The notes: a model not told the origin generated them from the letters alone. A DNA stretch of 64,000 bases from Candidatus Kapaibacterium sp. (GCA_026418625.1 JAOABA010000015.1:11017-75016), one strand, 5' to 3'. Shown: positions 51,390 through 62,077, numbered from the stretch's first letter. Numbers and translations: made by a program.

Positions 51390-51968
51390 ATGAAAAAATT
51401 ATTTGCAATCGCAGCACTTGTTTTTGCTTTCGCTTTCGCGTTCAATAACGCTTCCGCACAATCTTTTGGTATAGATGAGGGAACAAACTGGTTCGAAGTA
51501 TATGTTTATCAGCCAATCATTGTTACCCCACTTGATATGGATCCAAATCCCGGTATCACCAGCAGAATTTTAGGAGCAATCGCACCTGGAACAACAAAAA
51601 CTTATACCTCTCCAAGTTTAGTTGACATTCAGTTTTCTGTTGAGGGTGGCGTCGGTGCTGACTATAAAGTTGATGTTGATGTTGTTCATCAGATTTCTAC
51701 AAGTGGAAATCCACCACTTGATAACTTAACTCTCAATGGTTTAACCTGGCAAGTTGATTACGATGTTGTAGCCCCCGGATATTTTTCAACTGTCGATGGC
51801 CTAGATCCCGGTTCAACAAATGGTGACTATACAGGGTGGGGACCTCATACATTTACTGGAGCAGGTAGAGATATTTTTAGGGTTTTCCCAACTTCATTGA
51901 CAGCTGGTCCTTTAGCAGCAATGGGATATCATAGCTTTGCTGTAACTTTGACTGCTTATTATATCTAA
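51390..51968 (+). CDS. Small secreted hypothetical protein.
   Basis: AGGAG upstream. Signal peptide (AFAFAFNNASAQS). Gly/Thr/Asp-rich. No recognisable family. Followed by a strong terminator. Confidence 0.5.
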   Translation: MKKLFAIAALVFAFAFAFNNASAQSFGIDEGTNWFEVYVYQPIIVTPLDMDPNPGITSRILGAIAPGTTKTYTSPSLVDIQFSVEGGVGADYKVDVDVVHQISTSGNPPLDNLTLNGLTWQVDYDVVAPGYFSTVDGLDPGSTNGDYTGWGPHTFTGAGRDIFRVFPTSLTAGPLAAMGYHSFAVTLTAYYI

Positions 51969-51987
51969 ACTTTAGAAAAAAATTCAC

Positions 51988-52024
51988 AAACCCTATGGGC
52001 TTAATCCATAGGGTTTTTTTATTT
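51988..52024 (+). terminator. Rho-independent terminator.
   Basis: aaaccctatggg (51988-51999) pairs with cccatagggttt (52005-52016), followed by ttttttattttt. Confidence 0.7.
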
Positions 52025-52029
52025 TTAAC

Positions 52030-52925
52030 CCAAACTTTTCTAAAAAATTGGGATGAGATATTTGAAGATATTTTTTTCTTGCTCATTCCTACAAATGAAG
52101 TATAGAAAAATCCATTAAGATTTGAAATAGGTGTTTTTCATTCAAAAAATGTTCATTGAAAAATGTAAGCAAAAAAAATCTCTGCGAACTCTGCGTTTTA
52201 CTTTGCGAACTCTGCGAGGAATAAAAAGAATTTCACGCAAAGTACGCAGGGGATTCAAAGAGAACGCAGAGTTTTAAATATAATTATTCTAAAAAATTGG
52301 AAAGAGATATTTGAAGTAATTATTTTTTTTTGTCAACCTGACAAACGTAGCTTGGAAGGTGCCATTATAATTTGAAATAAGTGTTTCTTAATCAAAAAAT
52401 GTTCATTGAAAAATGTAAGCAAAAAATCTCTAGGAACTTTGCGGGTGACTTAGCGAACTCTACGAGAAAAAAAAAAGAGTTTCACGCAGAGAACGCAGAG
52501 GATTCAAAGAGAACGCAAAGTTTTAAATATAATTATTCTAAAAAATTTAGAAAGAGATATTTGAAGTGATTATTTTTATTGGTTATTCTTACAAACGTAG
52601 CTTGGAAGGTGCCATTATGATTTGAAATATATGTTTTACTTTTAAAAATGTTCATTGAAAAATGTAAGCAAAAAAAATCTCTGCGATCTTTGCGGGTGAC
52701 TTTGCGAACTCTGCGAGAAATAAAAAGAATTACACGCAAAGGTCGCAGAGGATTCAAAGAGAACGCAAAGTTTTAAAATTAATTATTCTAAAGAATGGAA
52801 AGAAATATTTTAAGCAATTATATTTCTCGGTCATTCTGACAAACGAAGTTTGGAAGAATCCATTAAGCAAAAAAATATCTTAAACCTTTGGTTTTGCCTA
52901 ACACTTTAGAATCTAAAATTTTTTG
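52030..52925. repeat. Second tandem array (about 3.6 copies) of the ~245-bp repeat family, in the reverse-complement orientation relative to 1940-2830.
   Basis: Units ...ttcattgaaaaatgtaagcaaaaaaaatctctgcgaactctgcg...cgcagagttttaaatataattattctaaaaaatt... are the reverse complement of the first array. Lies between convergent genes. Confidence 0.85.
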
Positions 52926-52955
52926 TGAAAAATTGTCTTACAAAATTTCTGGAGG

Positions 52956-53663
52956 TTATTTATACTCTCCATAACCTTTTCTGGTTGGGATTTTTGAAGA
53001 TAATATGGGGTGGTTTTCCCTAACAAACAGAAGTTCCCATCCATAGAAATAACCTTTTTCGGTTAAGAGTTCCTTCCGGAATTCATTAGCAATATAAATT
53101 AAATCCGCTTTTGTTAAATTTTCTTTATTATAATGCTCTAAATCATATTCACTTTCGAGCCACATCCAATCTTCAGCCCATTCTCTGACTTTGTAAGGCA
53201 CAAAGCCATTTCTTTTCATCAGTTCAATCATTGATTCTTTGGTAAAATCATTAATATGTCCCCCTCCGTCAGGATGAACCAAACGATAAAAACAATCAGT
53301 GAAATTCTCAGAGTCAGGTATGCCAATATGAAGAAAACCATCGGGCTTAAGAATATGCTTGATTGATAGTGTTAATTCATCAGTATTTTTTTTATGAGAG
53401 TAGATATTATCGGCAATAACTAAATCGTATTTTTCCTTTAATTCATCAATTTTGTAAAGTTTTGTAAAATCCTTTTTAAAGAAATTAAATTTAGAACTAT
53501 TTAAACTGAATCCTTCGTTTGGAATATTAAAATCATAGCCATCAATAATGCAATTTGCAGGTAAATGTCTAAACCACAATGGCTCATTAGTTCCACATTC
53601 TAAATAAGCAATTTTAAAACCTGTTTTTACTATTTGAGTGAATAATAAACTGTTCAGATGCAT
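52956..53663 (-). CDS. Putative class I SAM-dependent methyltransferase-fold protein.
   Basis: Weak motif I (YLECGTNE), acidic motif II (VIADNIY) and post-III LKPDGFLHIGIPD. The match is weak. Confidence 0.45.
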   Translation of the reverse strand: MHLNSLLFTQIVKTGFKIAYLECGTNEPLWFRHLPANCIIDGYDFNIPNEGFSLNSSKFNFFKKDFTKLYKIDELKEKYDLVIADNIYSHKKNTDELTLSIKHILKPDGFLHIGIPDSENFTDCFYRLVHPDGGGHINDFTKESMIELMKRNGFVPYKVREWAEDWMWLESEYDLEHYNKENLTKADLIYIANEFRKELLTEKGYFYGWELLFVRENHPILSSKIPTRKGYGEYK

Positions 53664-53692
53664 TATTTCATAGAAAGAGTGTTGGAATCAAT

Positions 53693-54706
53693 TTACTCAT
53701 TAAGATATTTTTCAAGCAAGTCAACTTCTTCAACGCTACCTGCATAAAATGGAACACGTTGATGAATAGATTCGGGTTTGATATCTAAAATTCTTCTACG
53801 TCCGTCAGTTGCTTTTCCTCCTGCTTGTTCAATTATCATAGCAAGGGGATTAGCTTCATATACTAATCTGATTTTCCCGTTTGGCATTTTCGTGTCAGGT
53901 GGATACATATATATTCCGCCATAATGTAATGTTCGATGTATATCTGCAACAGCAGTTGCAATATAACGCAAGGAATAGGAGTCCTTTCCATTACCAAAGG
54001 ATTTAAGATAATTGACAAAATTTTGAACTTTTTTGTCCCAACGATAATAATAACCTTCGTTGACACTATAATAACTACCTCTTTTGGGTATTTTTAAATT
54101 TTCGAATGTTAAAATGAATTCTCCTATTGTCGGGTCGTAAGTGAAGACATTCAAGCCGTTTCCGCTTGTATAAACAAAAATTGTGCTACTTCCAAAAAGA
54201 AAATACCCTGCAGCAACCTGATTAATCCCTTTTTGCAAAATATCATCGAGTGTTCCATCAGATTCCGAAAGTGGATCTAATCGTCTATAAATCGAAAATA
54301 CAGTTCCAATGGGTGCGTTAACATCAATATTAGTTGAGCCGTCCAATGGGTCGAAAACAAGAACATACTTCCCTTTTTTGAATTTTTCAGGAATTTTAAT
54401 CATTCCCTGAGATTCTTCGGAAGCCATCACACAGAAATGACCGCTATGATCCATAGCTCTATTGATAATACTATTGGCATATTCATCAAGCTTTCGAACT
54501 TTCTCACCGTGAACATTAGTGCTTTCCGTTAATCCAAGAATATCGTTAATACCGGCTCTGCGGACTTCCCAAGCAATTATTCTCATTGCAAGAGTCAAAT
54601 CACTTATTAGACTTGTAAATTTACCGGTTGCTTCGGGATAAAGGGCTTCCTCTCTTGCTATATGAGCATTAATTGTAACAAGCCCAGATATATTAATCAT
54701 TGCCAT
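53693..54706 (-). CDS. fbp: Fructose-1,6-bisphosphatase, class 1.
   Basis: Full-length class I FBPase blocks (DPLDGSTN, GSSTIFVY, YMYPPD). Confidence 0.9.
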   Translation of the reverse strand: MAMINISGLVTINAHIAREEALYPEATGKFTSLISDLTLAMRIIAWEVRRAGINDILGLTESTNVHGEKVRKLDEYANSIINRAMDHSGHFCVMASEESQGMIKIPEKFKKGKYVLVFDPLDGSTNIDVNAPIGTVFSIYRRLDPLSESDGTLDDILQKGINQVAAGYFLFGSSTIFVYTSGNGLNVFTYDPTIGEFILTFENLKIPKRGSYYSVNEGYYYRWDKKVQNFVNYLKSFGNGKDSYSLRYIATAVADIHRTLHYGGIYMYPPDTKMPNGKIRLVYEANPLAMIIEQAGGKATDGRRRILDIKPESIHQRVPFYAGSVEEVDLLEKYLNE

Positions 54707-54711
54707 TTTGT

Positions 54712-55935
54712 TTAATCCCTTCTATATGGTTTGAACCATATTTCACCTATACTGACATCAATGTTCAATCTCCCAAAAATTTCTTTGAGCAATCCATTTT
54801 CAGTTGTTCCTCTGCTCCCAAAAGTTATTGCACTGTTTAGTATAGCAGTTCCTACTATTGGTATTTCAAAACCGAATGAACCGTAAATTTCATTGATGTC
54901 TTTTGTTGATATATTGTAATATAATTGATTATAACCAAAGCCGATGTTATAAGTTATCCTGTCAGCTAATTCAGCTGATGATGATTTTGTTCCTAATCTT
55001 TTAATTCCAAAAGAGATAGATGAATAATTCTTGAACTTTACTGCGGGTCCACCCTTATAATCAAAATTGGAAAAATCCTGCTGAATATAGTCAAATCCAA
55101 CTAAAATTTTACCGGTCGTGTAAGACAATCCTAAGCCAAATCTTGAAGGTAAATTTGTAGATAAATTCAGCGAACTCGATGAATCGCTTACTAATTGGGA
55201 GTAGTAAGACATCTTTCGTTGGTAATCAAGGTTTGGATTAGATTCATAAAACAAACCAATGCCTGTATTGTTGATTGGCTTTAAATAAATTCCTGCTTTA
55301 TATCCAACCCCTGAAAAATAATCTTCGAAAAGCGTTTCGGAGGAATAACCATAATAATCATAAAAAATTGTCCTGATAGAATTACTTATCTTTCCAAAAG
55401 CTGCTAAACCCATAACGCCTATTGATGCAAAATCAGTAAGCTTTATTGAGGCTCCCAGAAAAGCTTGGGAAAGCCCACCGCTACCACTATAATAATTTTG
55501 CCCTCTGAGTTCGAGACCGTCTATATTTTTGAAAACAGGTGTTGAAATTAAATAATTTACTGAGCTATAAGGCAGAACTCCGAATGTTGCAGATATTCCC
55601 AAAGAAGTATCAATGGAGAATAAAGCTTTAACCCCATCAATTTTTCCATTGTTCTGATATAAGGAAAAGTTTTGGCTTTCGATATAATTTTGATTGAATC
55701 TATAACCTGCACTCAACCGTGTATGAGTGACGAAGCTCCAGAGAGCCGGATTATTTGTATTTATGGTATAGTCCGAAGGAATTGCTATCGAAGTTCCGGC
55801 TATACCATCATAGGCAGCTCCTATGGATTTGATTTGATCCCCTATGCCAAATATGGAATAATTTGAGCCACCCTGTGAGAATGCGTTACTTATTAAAAAA
55901 CCAATAAATACTAATATTTGAACAATCTTTTTCAT
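54712..55935 (-). CDS. Outer-membrane beta-barrel protein resembling FadL/PorV.
   Basis: Signal peptide. NPALW (NPA-type) N-terminal motif seen in FadL/TodX-like barrels. Gly/aromatic-rich alternating strands. Confidence 0.45.
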   Translation of the reverse strand: MKKIVQILVFIGFLISNAFSQGGSNYSIFGIGDQIKSIGAAYDGIAGTSIAIPSDYTINTNNPALWSFVTHTRLSAGYRFNQNYIESQNFSLYQNNGKIDGVKALFSIDTSLGISATFGVLPYSSVNYLISTPVFKNIDGLELRGQNYYSGSGGLSQAFLGASIKLTDFASIGVMGLAAFGKISNSIRTIFYDYYGYSSETLFEDYFSGVGYKAGIYLKPINNTGIGLFYESNPNLDYQRKMSYYSQLVSDSSSSLNLSTNLPSRFGLGLSYTTGKILVGFDYIQQDFSNFDYKGGPAVKFKNYSSISFGIKRLGTKSSSAELADRITYNIGFGYNQLYYNISTKDINEIYGSFGFEIPIVGTAILNSAITFGSRGTTENGLLKEIFGRLNIDVSIGEIWFKPYRRD

Positions 55936-55938
55936 TCT

Positions 55939-57153
55939 TTATTTCTTTAATTGAGGTCTGATTGAGTAAATTACCCTGATTTTAGGAACGAGGTTGCTAT
56001 CTTGGTCGTTAATATTATAAAAGGTGTATCTATCTAGCTTTCTATATGCATTAAGTCCATCAAGGGAAATTACAATTTCACCACTTCCGCTTCCACGAAC
56101 CCACGATTCAATCAATTGAGCCAAAGCCGGAAATAAATATCTGTTAGAATTCTGAAACCTAAAGCCATAAATCGAACGATATGGCATCGAGTCAATTTTT
56201 CTGTCTCTATAATCCCCTGCAAATAAAATTGAATCAATATAAGCATTCCCAAATCTTGATTTACCTCGATTTAACCATAATTCTAATTCAGCCTTATGAA
56301 CAGAAGAATTTTTTGGTATTATACTAAAATCGAATTTTAATTTTGGATAATAAATTATCCCCCCTTGGAATGTTAAAGAATTCGGATCCGGTCTATCCCC
56401 ATCAATATATGATGATTCAATATTCGATAAATAAGCAATAGAATCTGTTTTGCCTGAACCATTACTGAAATAAATTCTTAAAACTGGTCGAAGTCGTGTT
56501 TCTGTAACCATCTGGCTCGAAAACAAATTGATGATGCTTGAATTATCGTCGGGAATCAAAGCCAGCCCCCAAGGATCAACTGTATCAGGTTTGAAATTTA
56601 ACCAATCACTTATTACTGAAGGATCAAGCTTTATTCTGATATCTGGCATCGTGTCTCGTAGCTTCAATCTTTGATTATAAGTCCCAAGTATTTTAGCATC
56701 AAAGTAAGCGGTGTTACCAGCTGCATCAAATATGCTATCCCAAGTTGTCTTATTCGACCAGAATTGAGTTACGGCTTTAATTTTAAATGAAAAATTACCA
56801 TTTATTGTATCGCCGAAAGCATATCTTAGAGGAAATAAAGTCAATGAAACGGAATCAATCCGATAATTTTTTAAGGAGTCAGCCGGTCTGGAAAATCTTA
56901 GGAAAGTGATTGCTTTTAAACTGTCGGATTTCCCGACAAAAATAGCTCCAATATTAAAAAGTGACTCCCGATTAAGAATTGTTTCTCCGTTAGTAATCAG
57001 ATTTTGCTCGGTTGAAGTAGTGCCAACAACGGTTATTGTATCGTAGAGCAAAGTAAAGCCTAAATCGGTAGGCTTTTCATTACAAGAATTACAAATAAAA
57101 AGTAAAAAAGAAAAGATACTGAAAAAGCCAAAAATTTTTATTTTTCTTAACAT
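55939..57153 (-). CDS. Hypothetical lipoprotein.
   Basis: Lipobox (LFICNSC). No recognisable family. Confidence 0.5.
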   Translation of the reverse strand: MLRKIKIFGFFSIFSFLLFICNSCNEKPTDLGFTLLYDTITVVGTTSTEQNLITNGETILNRESLFNIGAIFVGKSDSLKAITFLRFSRPADSLKNYRIDSVSLTLFPLRYAFGDTINGNFSFKIKAVTQFWSNKTTWDSIFDAAGNTAYFDAKILGTYNQRLKLRDTMPDIRIKLDPSVISDWLNFKPDTVDPWGLALIPDDNSSIINLFSSQMVTETRLRPVLRIYFSNGSGKTDSIAYLSNIESSYIDGDRPDPNSLTFQGGIIYYPKLKFDFSIIPKNSSVHKAELELWLNRGKSRFGNAYIDSILFAGDYRDRKIDSMPYRSIYGFRFQNSNRYLFPALAQLIESWVRGSGSGEIVISLDGLNAYRKLDRYTFYNINDQDSNLVPKIRVIYSIRPQLKK

Positions 57154-57204
57154 CCAAATAATTATTTATCAAGTTTATGTAGTCAGTATAACGGTTAAGC
57201 TTAA

Positions 57205-58677
57205 TCAATCTTTTAGAATAGTTCTATAAATTTCATCATACTTTTTCAAGGACTGAGTCCAAGAGGTGTCAATCTGCATTATACGAAGTGCTAAGTCTTC
57301 CCATTCAGTTCTAATTTTAAAAACCTCAAGAGCTGATGCCAAGCTTTTAAACAAACTATCTGGCTTAAAGTCATTAAAGAGAAAGCCGCTGCCATTTGAT
57401 TTGTCAGACAGATAATCTTTAATGAATTCGAGGTTTGCACCGGTTGCTCTTGCTACAGGAACTGTCCCATAAGATAAGGAGGTCAAAGCTTTCCATCCAT
57501 TAGATTCGTATTTTGAAGGAATTAAAAAGATGTCAGAACCAGCAAAGATTTGGTGCAAGGTGGCATTATCCAAGCCAATTTTCAATGCAAATTTTGTTGG
57601 ATAATCTTTAGCAACTTTTTTTAATTTATTTTTTATTTCATTATCCCCATCAGCAATCATAACAATTTTCAGATCCTGACTTAATATTTTAGGAATTGCT
57701 TCAAGGAAAATAGAAATCCCACTACTTTCAGTTAAATTACTGACCATACCAATGAGCGGTTCATCACCATATTCCAATCCGAATTTGTTTAATAACTCTT
57801 TTTTATTTGTAACTTTATAACTAAAAAAGTCAGTCTCAAATTTTTGTTTGATATCGTTATCGTGATTGGGTTTCCAAACCCATTGATCAACACCAATATT
57901 CAAACCTAAAGCCTTGCTTTCTTTCTCCATTAAGTTTTTGTTCAAACTATTGCTGTATGTTGAACTTTGCAGAATTTCCTGTAAATATGCCGGGCTATGA
58001 GTTGTTATAAAATCAGCATATTCAATTCCACCCTTGAGGAAGTTAAATTTATTTTTATGAAGAAACTTTGATTTAACATCAGCTGGTAAAAGTGTTTTAT
58101 CGAAAGTATTTTCAGGGAAAACACCCTGATCCTGAAAATTATTAATACTTAATAAAATTTTAGTCCTTTTGAATTTATTTGGAAATAAAACTTTTGCATA
58201 AGCGGCTATCAAGCTCGTTTGCCAGTCATTGCAATGAATTATATCAGGAAACCAACCAAGAATTAAGCAGGTTTCTATCACACTTCTGCAAAAGAAAATG
58301 AATCTTTCGTCATTTTCTGCGATTGGTTTTCCGGTTTTTGGGTCATCGAATACTGCTTTTAATTGATCATAATAACAAAGATTGCAGGTAATATAAGCTT
58401 GAACTTTAGCTCGAGGGTTATTAATTGAGCTTGATTTAACAGTAGCAAGTTCAACCTTGTTGCCAATAGGTATTGGCATATCTCTCAATCTATTAATTTC
58501 GTGTATTCTGTTTTTTCTCTCTGATATTACCCCATATTTTGGGAACATTACCCTAACGTCATTACCAAATTCCCGCATTGCAAGGGTGTAGGAATGTGAT
58601 ATATCACCAAGTTCACCAACTCTGATAAAAGGAAAGACTTCACTCGTTACAAACAAAATACTTAAACTTTTTGCCAT
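57205..58677 (-). CDS. glgA: Glycogen/starch synthase (GT5).
   Basis: N-terminal ILFVTSEVFPFIRVGELGDI (compare KILFVSSEVAPFAKTGGLADV). C-terminal FLIPSKYESNGWKALTSLSYGTVPVARATG. Confidence 0.85.
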   Translation of the reverse strand: MAKSLSILFVTSEVFPFIRVGELGDISHSYTLAMREFGNDVRVMFPKYGVISERKNRIHEINRLRDMPIPIGNKVELATVKSSSINNPRAKVQAYITCNLCYYDQLKAVFDDPKTGKPIAENDERFIFFCRSVIETCLILGWFPDIIHCNDWQTSLIAAYAKVLFPNKFKRTKILLSINNFQDQGVFPENTFDKTLLPADVKSKFLHKNKFNFLKGGIEYADFITTHSPAYLQEILQSSTYSNSLNKNLMEKESKALGLNIGVDQWVWKPNHDNDIKQKFETDFFSYKVTNKKELLNKFGLEYGDEPLIGMVSNLTESSGISIFLEAIPKILSQDLKIVMIADGDNEIKNKLKKVAKDYPTKFALKIGLDNATLHQIFAGSDIFLIPSKYESNGWKALTSLSYGTVPVARATGANLEFIKDYLSDKSNGSGFLFNDFKPDSLFKSLASALEVFKIRTEWEDLALRIMQIDTSWTQSLKKYDEIYRTILKD

Positions 58678-58930
58678 TGTTTTTTATAGGAAATTTAAGA
58701 AATTGAATTTATTCAACTACAAAAATAATCAATTTTTCCTGATTTTTTTCATTTTGTTTTAATTAAGTCCTTAATAGATTTTGTTTATATGCTAATAATA
58801 ATTCTCAATCCAGCTTTTCTAAAGCATTTATATAATAAATATTTATTTAATTTCATTTTCTTCAATATTTATTCACTTTTTTTTATTGTATCACGTCAAT
58901 CATTTTGATGAAAAAAATAACGGAAAAAAA

Positions 58931-59755
58931 ATGGATGGCTATGCAGATTTACATCTTCATACTACATATTCTGATGGGGTTTTTACCCCAGAACAACTCC
59001 TGAAAAAAGTTTCTGAAGTTGGTATATCAGCTATTAGTATAACAGACCACGACTCAGTTGATGGTTATATTCAAGCACTAAAATATCTCGATAAATACAA
59101 CATCCAGCTTATTCCGGGCATTGAACTTAGTTGCATTGAAAATGGAAAGGAAATTCATTTATTAGGCTATAATATTGACCCAGATAATAAAATTCTTAAA
59201 AACCACCTTCAAGATTTTCGAAATGGCAGATATAAAAGAGCTGAACAAATTCTGCAAAAATTAAAAAACCTGCAAAGACCTGTGAATTTTTCTTTAGTCC
59301 TCGAAAAAGCCGGAGAAGCTCCAATAACACGTCCTCATATTGCTATGGCTATGACTGAATTGGGTTATACATCTAATCTTAAAGAAGCCTTTGTTCTTTA
59401 TCTCGGCGATGATAAACCTGCTTACGTTTCAAAAGCAAACTTTTCAATTGAACGTGGTATTAAACTGATTAACCAGTCTGGCGGTTTAGCTGTTTTGGCT
59501 CATCCCGCCCGAATGATACAGCCTGACACTTTGTATAAGCTAATAAAATCAGGTCTTGATGGCATTGAAATAATCCATCCCACTCACGATTTAGCCACTC
59601 AGAAATACTATCAATCTATAGCTTCCCAGTATTGGCTTCTTGAAACTGGCGGCTCGGATTTTCACGGAAATCGAGAATATGACGAAGAAAATCTTGGTAA
59701 ATTCATTGTTCCGCTCTCCACCGTTGAATCCATAAAAATTCACTCAGTAAGATAA
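58931..59755 (+). CDS. PHP-domain metal-dependent phosphoesterase.
   Basis: DLHLHTTYSDG motif right after the ATG at 58931. The ORF track's 58886 start adds an unlikely 15-aa leader. Confidence 0.75.
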   Translation: MDGYADLHLHTTYSDGVFTPEQLLKKVSEVGISAISITDHDSVDGYIQALKYLDKYNIQLIPGIELSCIENGKEIHLLGYNIDPDNKILKNHLQDFRNGRYKRAEQILQKLKNLQRPVNFSLVLEKAGEAPITRPHIAMAMTELGYTSNLKEAFVLYLGDDKPAYVSKANFSIERGIKLINQSGGLAVLAHPARMIQPDTLYKLIKSGLDGIEIIHPTHDLATQKYYQSIASQYWLLETGGSDFHGNREYDEENLGKFIVPLSTVESIKIHSVR

Positions 59756-59824
59756 TCCTCTTCAAGTTTATCGGAAATATCCGATAATTAAACTATGTAT
59801 TTTTAGTTTAATTATGATGATCTT

Positions 59825-60700
59825 ATGTCAGTTATTAGTGAAATAATGGAAATTCAGGAATTTGCTACACTTCCTCCGGTGGCAGCAAAAGTATTAATGT
59901 TACTCGAAAACGATGATGTTGATATTCGTGATATTTCTCACGTTATCGAAACTGATGCATCATTAACGATGAAATTGCTCAGAGTAGCAAATTCACCGAT
60001 TTATGCTATCAGGACTCAGATAAGTAGCATCCATCAGGCAATTTTAACTCTCGGATTGAACAGATTAACAAATATAGTCATTGGTGTTTCTATTTTTTCG
60101 CGTTTTTTGATGAACACTCAAAAACAAGCAATGGAATTTATGGAAAAATTCTGGTGGCATTCTTCCTGCACTGGTGTAGTAGCGAAAGTCTTATCTGGAA
60201 AGCTGAAAAAACAATATAAAGAATACGAATTTATTGGTGGATTGCTCCACGATATCGGTAAGCTGGCTATGGTTCAATACAATTCAGGGTTATACTTAGA
60301 TGTTCTAAGGTTAATCAACGAAGAAAAATATATTGATGTTGATGCCGAAGTAAAAATTTTCGGTGTTGACCATTTGGAAGTCGGTGAGAAAATTTTCCAT
60401 CTCTGGAAACTTCCAGCGGAAATGTCTTATATTGTCTCGCATCACTCTAAAATTGAAGAATTAAACCAATCCCAAGAACTTGTTGCTATAATTAGGGTTG
60501 CCGATTTGCTCTGCGAAATGTGGGGTGCAGAAATTGGCGAGGGCTTGGAGCAAATCAAAATCAGCGAGGATATCTCTTGGAAAATTCTATGTGCAAAAAA
60601 TCCTGATCTCGCTGAAATGGACGTCGAGAAATTCACATTTGATTTAGAAAACGAATTCAAAAAATCGAAAGAGTTCCTAAATCTCCTTGTTCAGGAATAA
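59825..60700 (+). CDS. HDOD-domain signalling protein.
   Basis: HDOD blocks LLRVANSPIYA and GLLHDIGKLAM. Confidence 0.8.
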   Translation: MSVISEIMEIQEFATLPPVAAKVLMLLENDDVDIRDISHVIETDASLTMKLLRVANSPIYAIRTQISSIHQAILTLGLNRLTNIVIGVSIFSRFLMNTQKQAMEFMEKFWWHSSCTGVVAKVLSGKLKKQYKEYEFIGGLLHDIGKLAMVQYNSGLYLDVLRLINEEKYIDVDAEVKIFGVDHLEVGEKIFHLWKLPAEMSYIVSHHSKIEELNQSQELVAIIRVADLLCEMWGAEIGEGLEQIKISEDISWKILCAKNPDLAEMDVEKFTFDLENEFKKSKEFLNLLVQE

Positions 60701-61015
60701 TAGATTTTTTAGTCTGCCATAACAAATAACAACAACTTGCATTAGTTTTATCAATTATATTTGAAAAACAAGCAAGGTTGTTTGTTCCACCTTTTTGAAT
60801 GTCATTCCATTAAAAAATAATCTTTTGAAAAATTATAAGCTTTTAGTAAGTTTGATAGTTATTAATAATTTATATAATAAGTAAAAAAAAATTGCTATAA
60901 TAAATTGGGTTAATAAAAAAGTAGATTTATAAAGTTTGAGCAATAAAATTATTTTTTTTGAATTGAGTATAATTGGGTGTTATAGGTTATTGTAAAACAA
61001 CACGTGTTAAAAAAA

Positions 61016-61987
61016 ATGGCAAAGACATCATTTTGGGATATAATAGAAAAAACAATAGAAAAAGTTGGGACACCCCTTTCTGCAAAAGAAATATGGGAGA
61101 AAGCAAATGAACTTGGAACACTTGGTGACTTTTCAACTACTGGTAAGACTCCTTGGGCGACTATAGCTGCATATTGCTATACAGATATCAATAAGAATGG
61201 TGACAACTCAATTATAATTCAAACTAGTGAAAGGCCTGCTCAGTTCTTTTTAAGACGCCTTGCAAAAAAAATAGACATACATAAAGCCCAAAATCAAAAA
61301 GACACAAAAATTACAAAAAAGGAAAAGCTAGAAACTAAAAAATTCAATGAAAGAGACCTACATCCACTGTTGGTAGCCTATGCTTTTGGAGACAGTCATT
61401 TCAAAGCAAACCTAAAGACAATTTTCCACGAATACTCTTCAAAAGCTACAAAAGGACAAAATGAGTGGTTACATCCTGACTTAGTTGGCGTGTATTTTCC
61501 ATTTCGTGACTACAAGCCTGAAACACTTGAAATCCAAAACCATTTGTCAATAACATCTATAAAGCTGTTTTCTTTTGAATTGAAAGTTTCCTTGAACTTT
61601 GGCAACTTACGACAATCATACTTTCAAGCCGTTTCTAATTCAAGCTGGGCAAATGAAGGGTACTTAGTGACACTTTACATTGACGATGACCCGACTTTTA
61701 AAGATGAAGTAAGACGACTTAACAACGCATTTGGAATTGGAATAATAAGACTAAACCCTGAGAATATTTTTGAGAGTGAAATACTTTTCCCTTCAAGAAT
61801 AAATCAAGAAATTGACTGGGATTCTGTAAACCGACTTGCAAACGAAAACTCGGACTTTAATGACTTTTTAAAATTGATAACAGAGGACTGTAAACTTGGT
61901 AAAGTTAAAAGTCAATACGACAAGGTTATGAAAATGGAAGAACTAACAAAATATATCAAGGACAAAGGAATAAATAACGCAGAATAA
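61016..61987 (+). CDS. HARE-HTH domain protein fused to a putative PD-(D/E)xK nuclease-like C-terminal domain.
   Basis: N-terminus SFWDIIEKTIEKVGTPLSAKEIWEKANELGTL...TTGKTPWATIAAYCYTDINKNGDNSIIIQTSERPAQFFLRRL fits the HARE-HTH pattern. Downstream, HPDLVGV is followed ~35 aa later by SFELKV (PD...E-x-K). Codon usage differs from neighbouring genes. Confidence 0.6.
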   Translation: MAKTSFWDIIEKTIEKVGTPLSAKEIWEKANELGTLGDFSTTGKTPWATIAAYCYTDINKNGDNSIIIQTSERPAQFFLRRLAKKIDIHKAQNQKDTKITKKEKLETKKFNERDLHPLLVAYAFGDSHFKANLKTIFHEYSSKATKGQNEWLHPDLVGVYFPFRDYKPETLEIQNHLSITSIKLFSFELKVSLNFGNLRQSYFQAVSNSSWANEGYLVTLYIDDDPTFKDEVRRLNNAFGIGIIRLNPENIFESEILFPSRINQEIDWDSVNRLANENSDFNDFLKLITEDCKLGKVKSQYDKVMKMEELTKYIKDKGINNAE

Positions 61988-62077
61988 CACGAGTTTCTCG
62001 ATAGGTGGGTTAACGAACAAATTTGATGTTTTTTTATTCTATTAAGGTCCTTATTTGAAAGTGAAGTGCTCCGAAAT

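Noticed and set aside
1940-52925. Inverted repeat arrays as ends of a ~50-kb composite mobile element.
   Set aside because: The intervening DNA carries core genes (ftsY, metG, speA, two-component genes) with native composition. There is no transposase or integrase gene and no target-site duplication.
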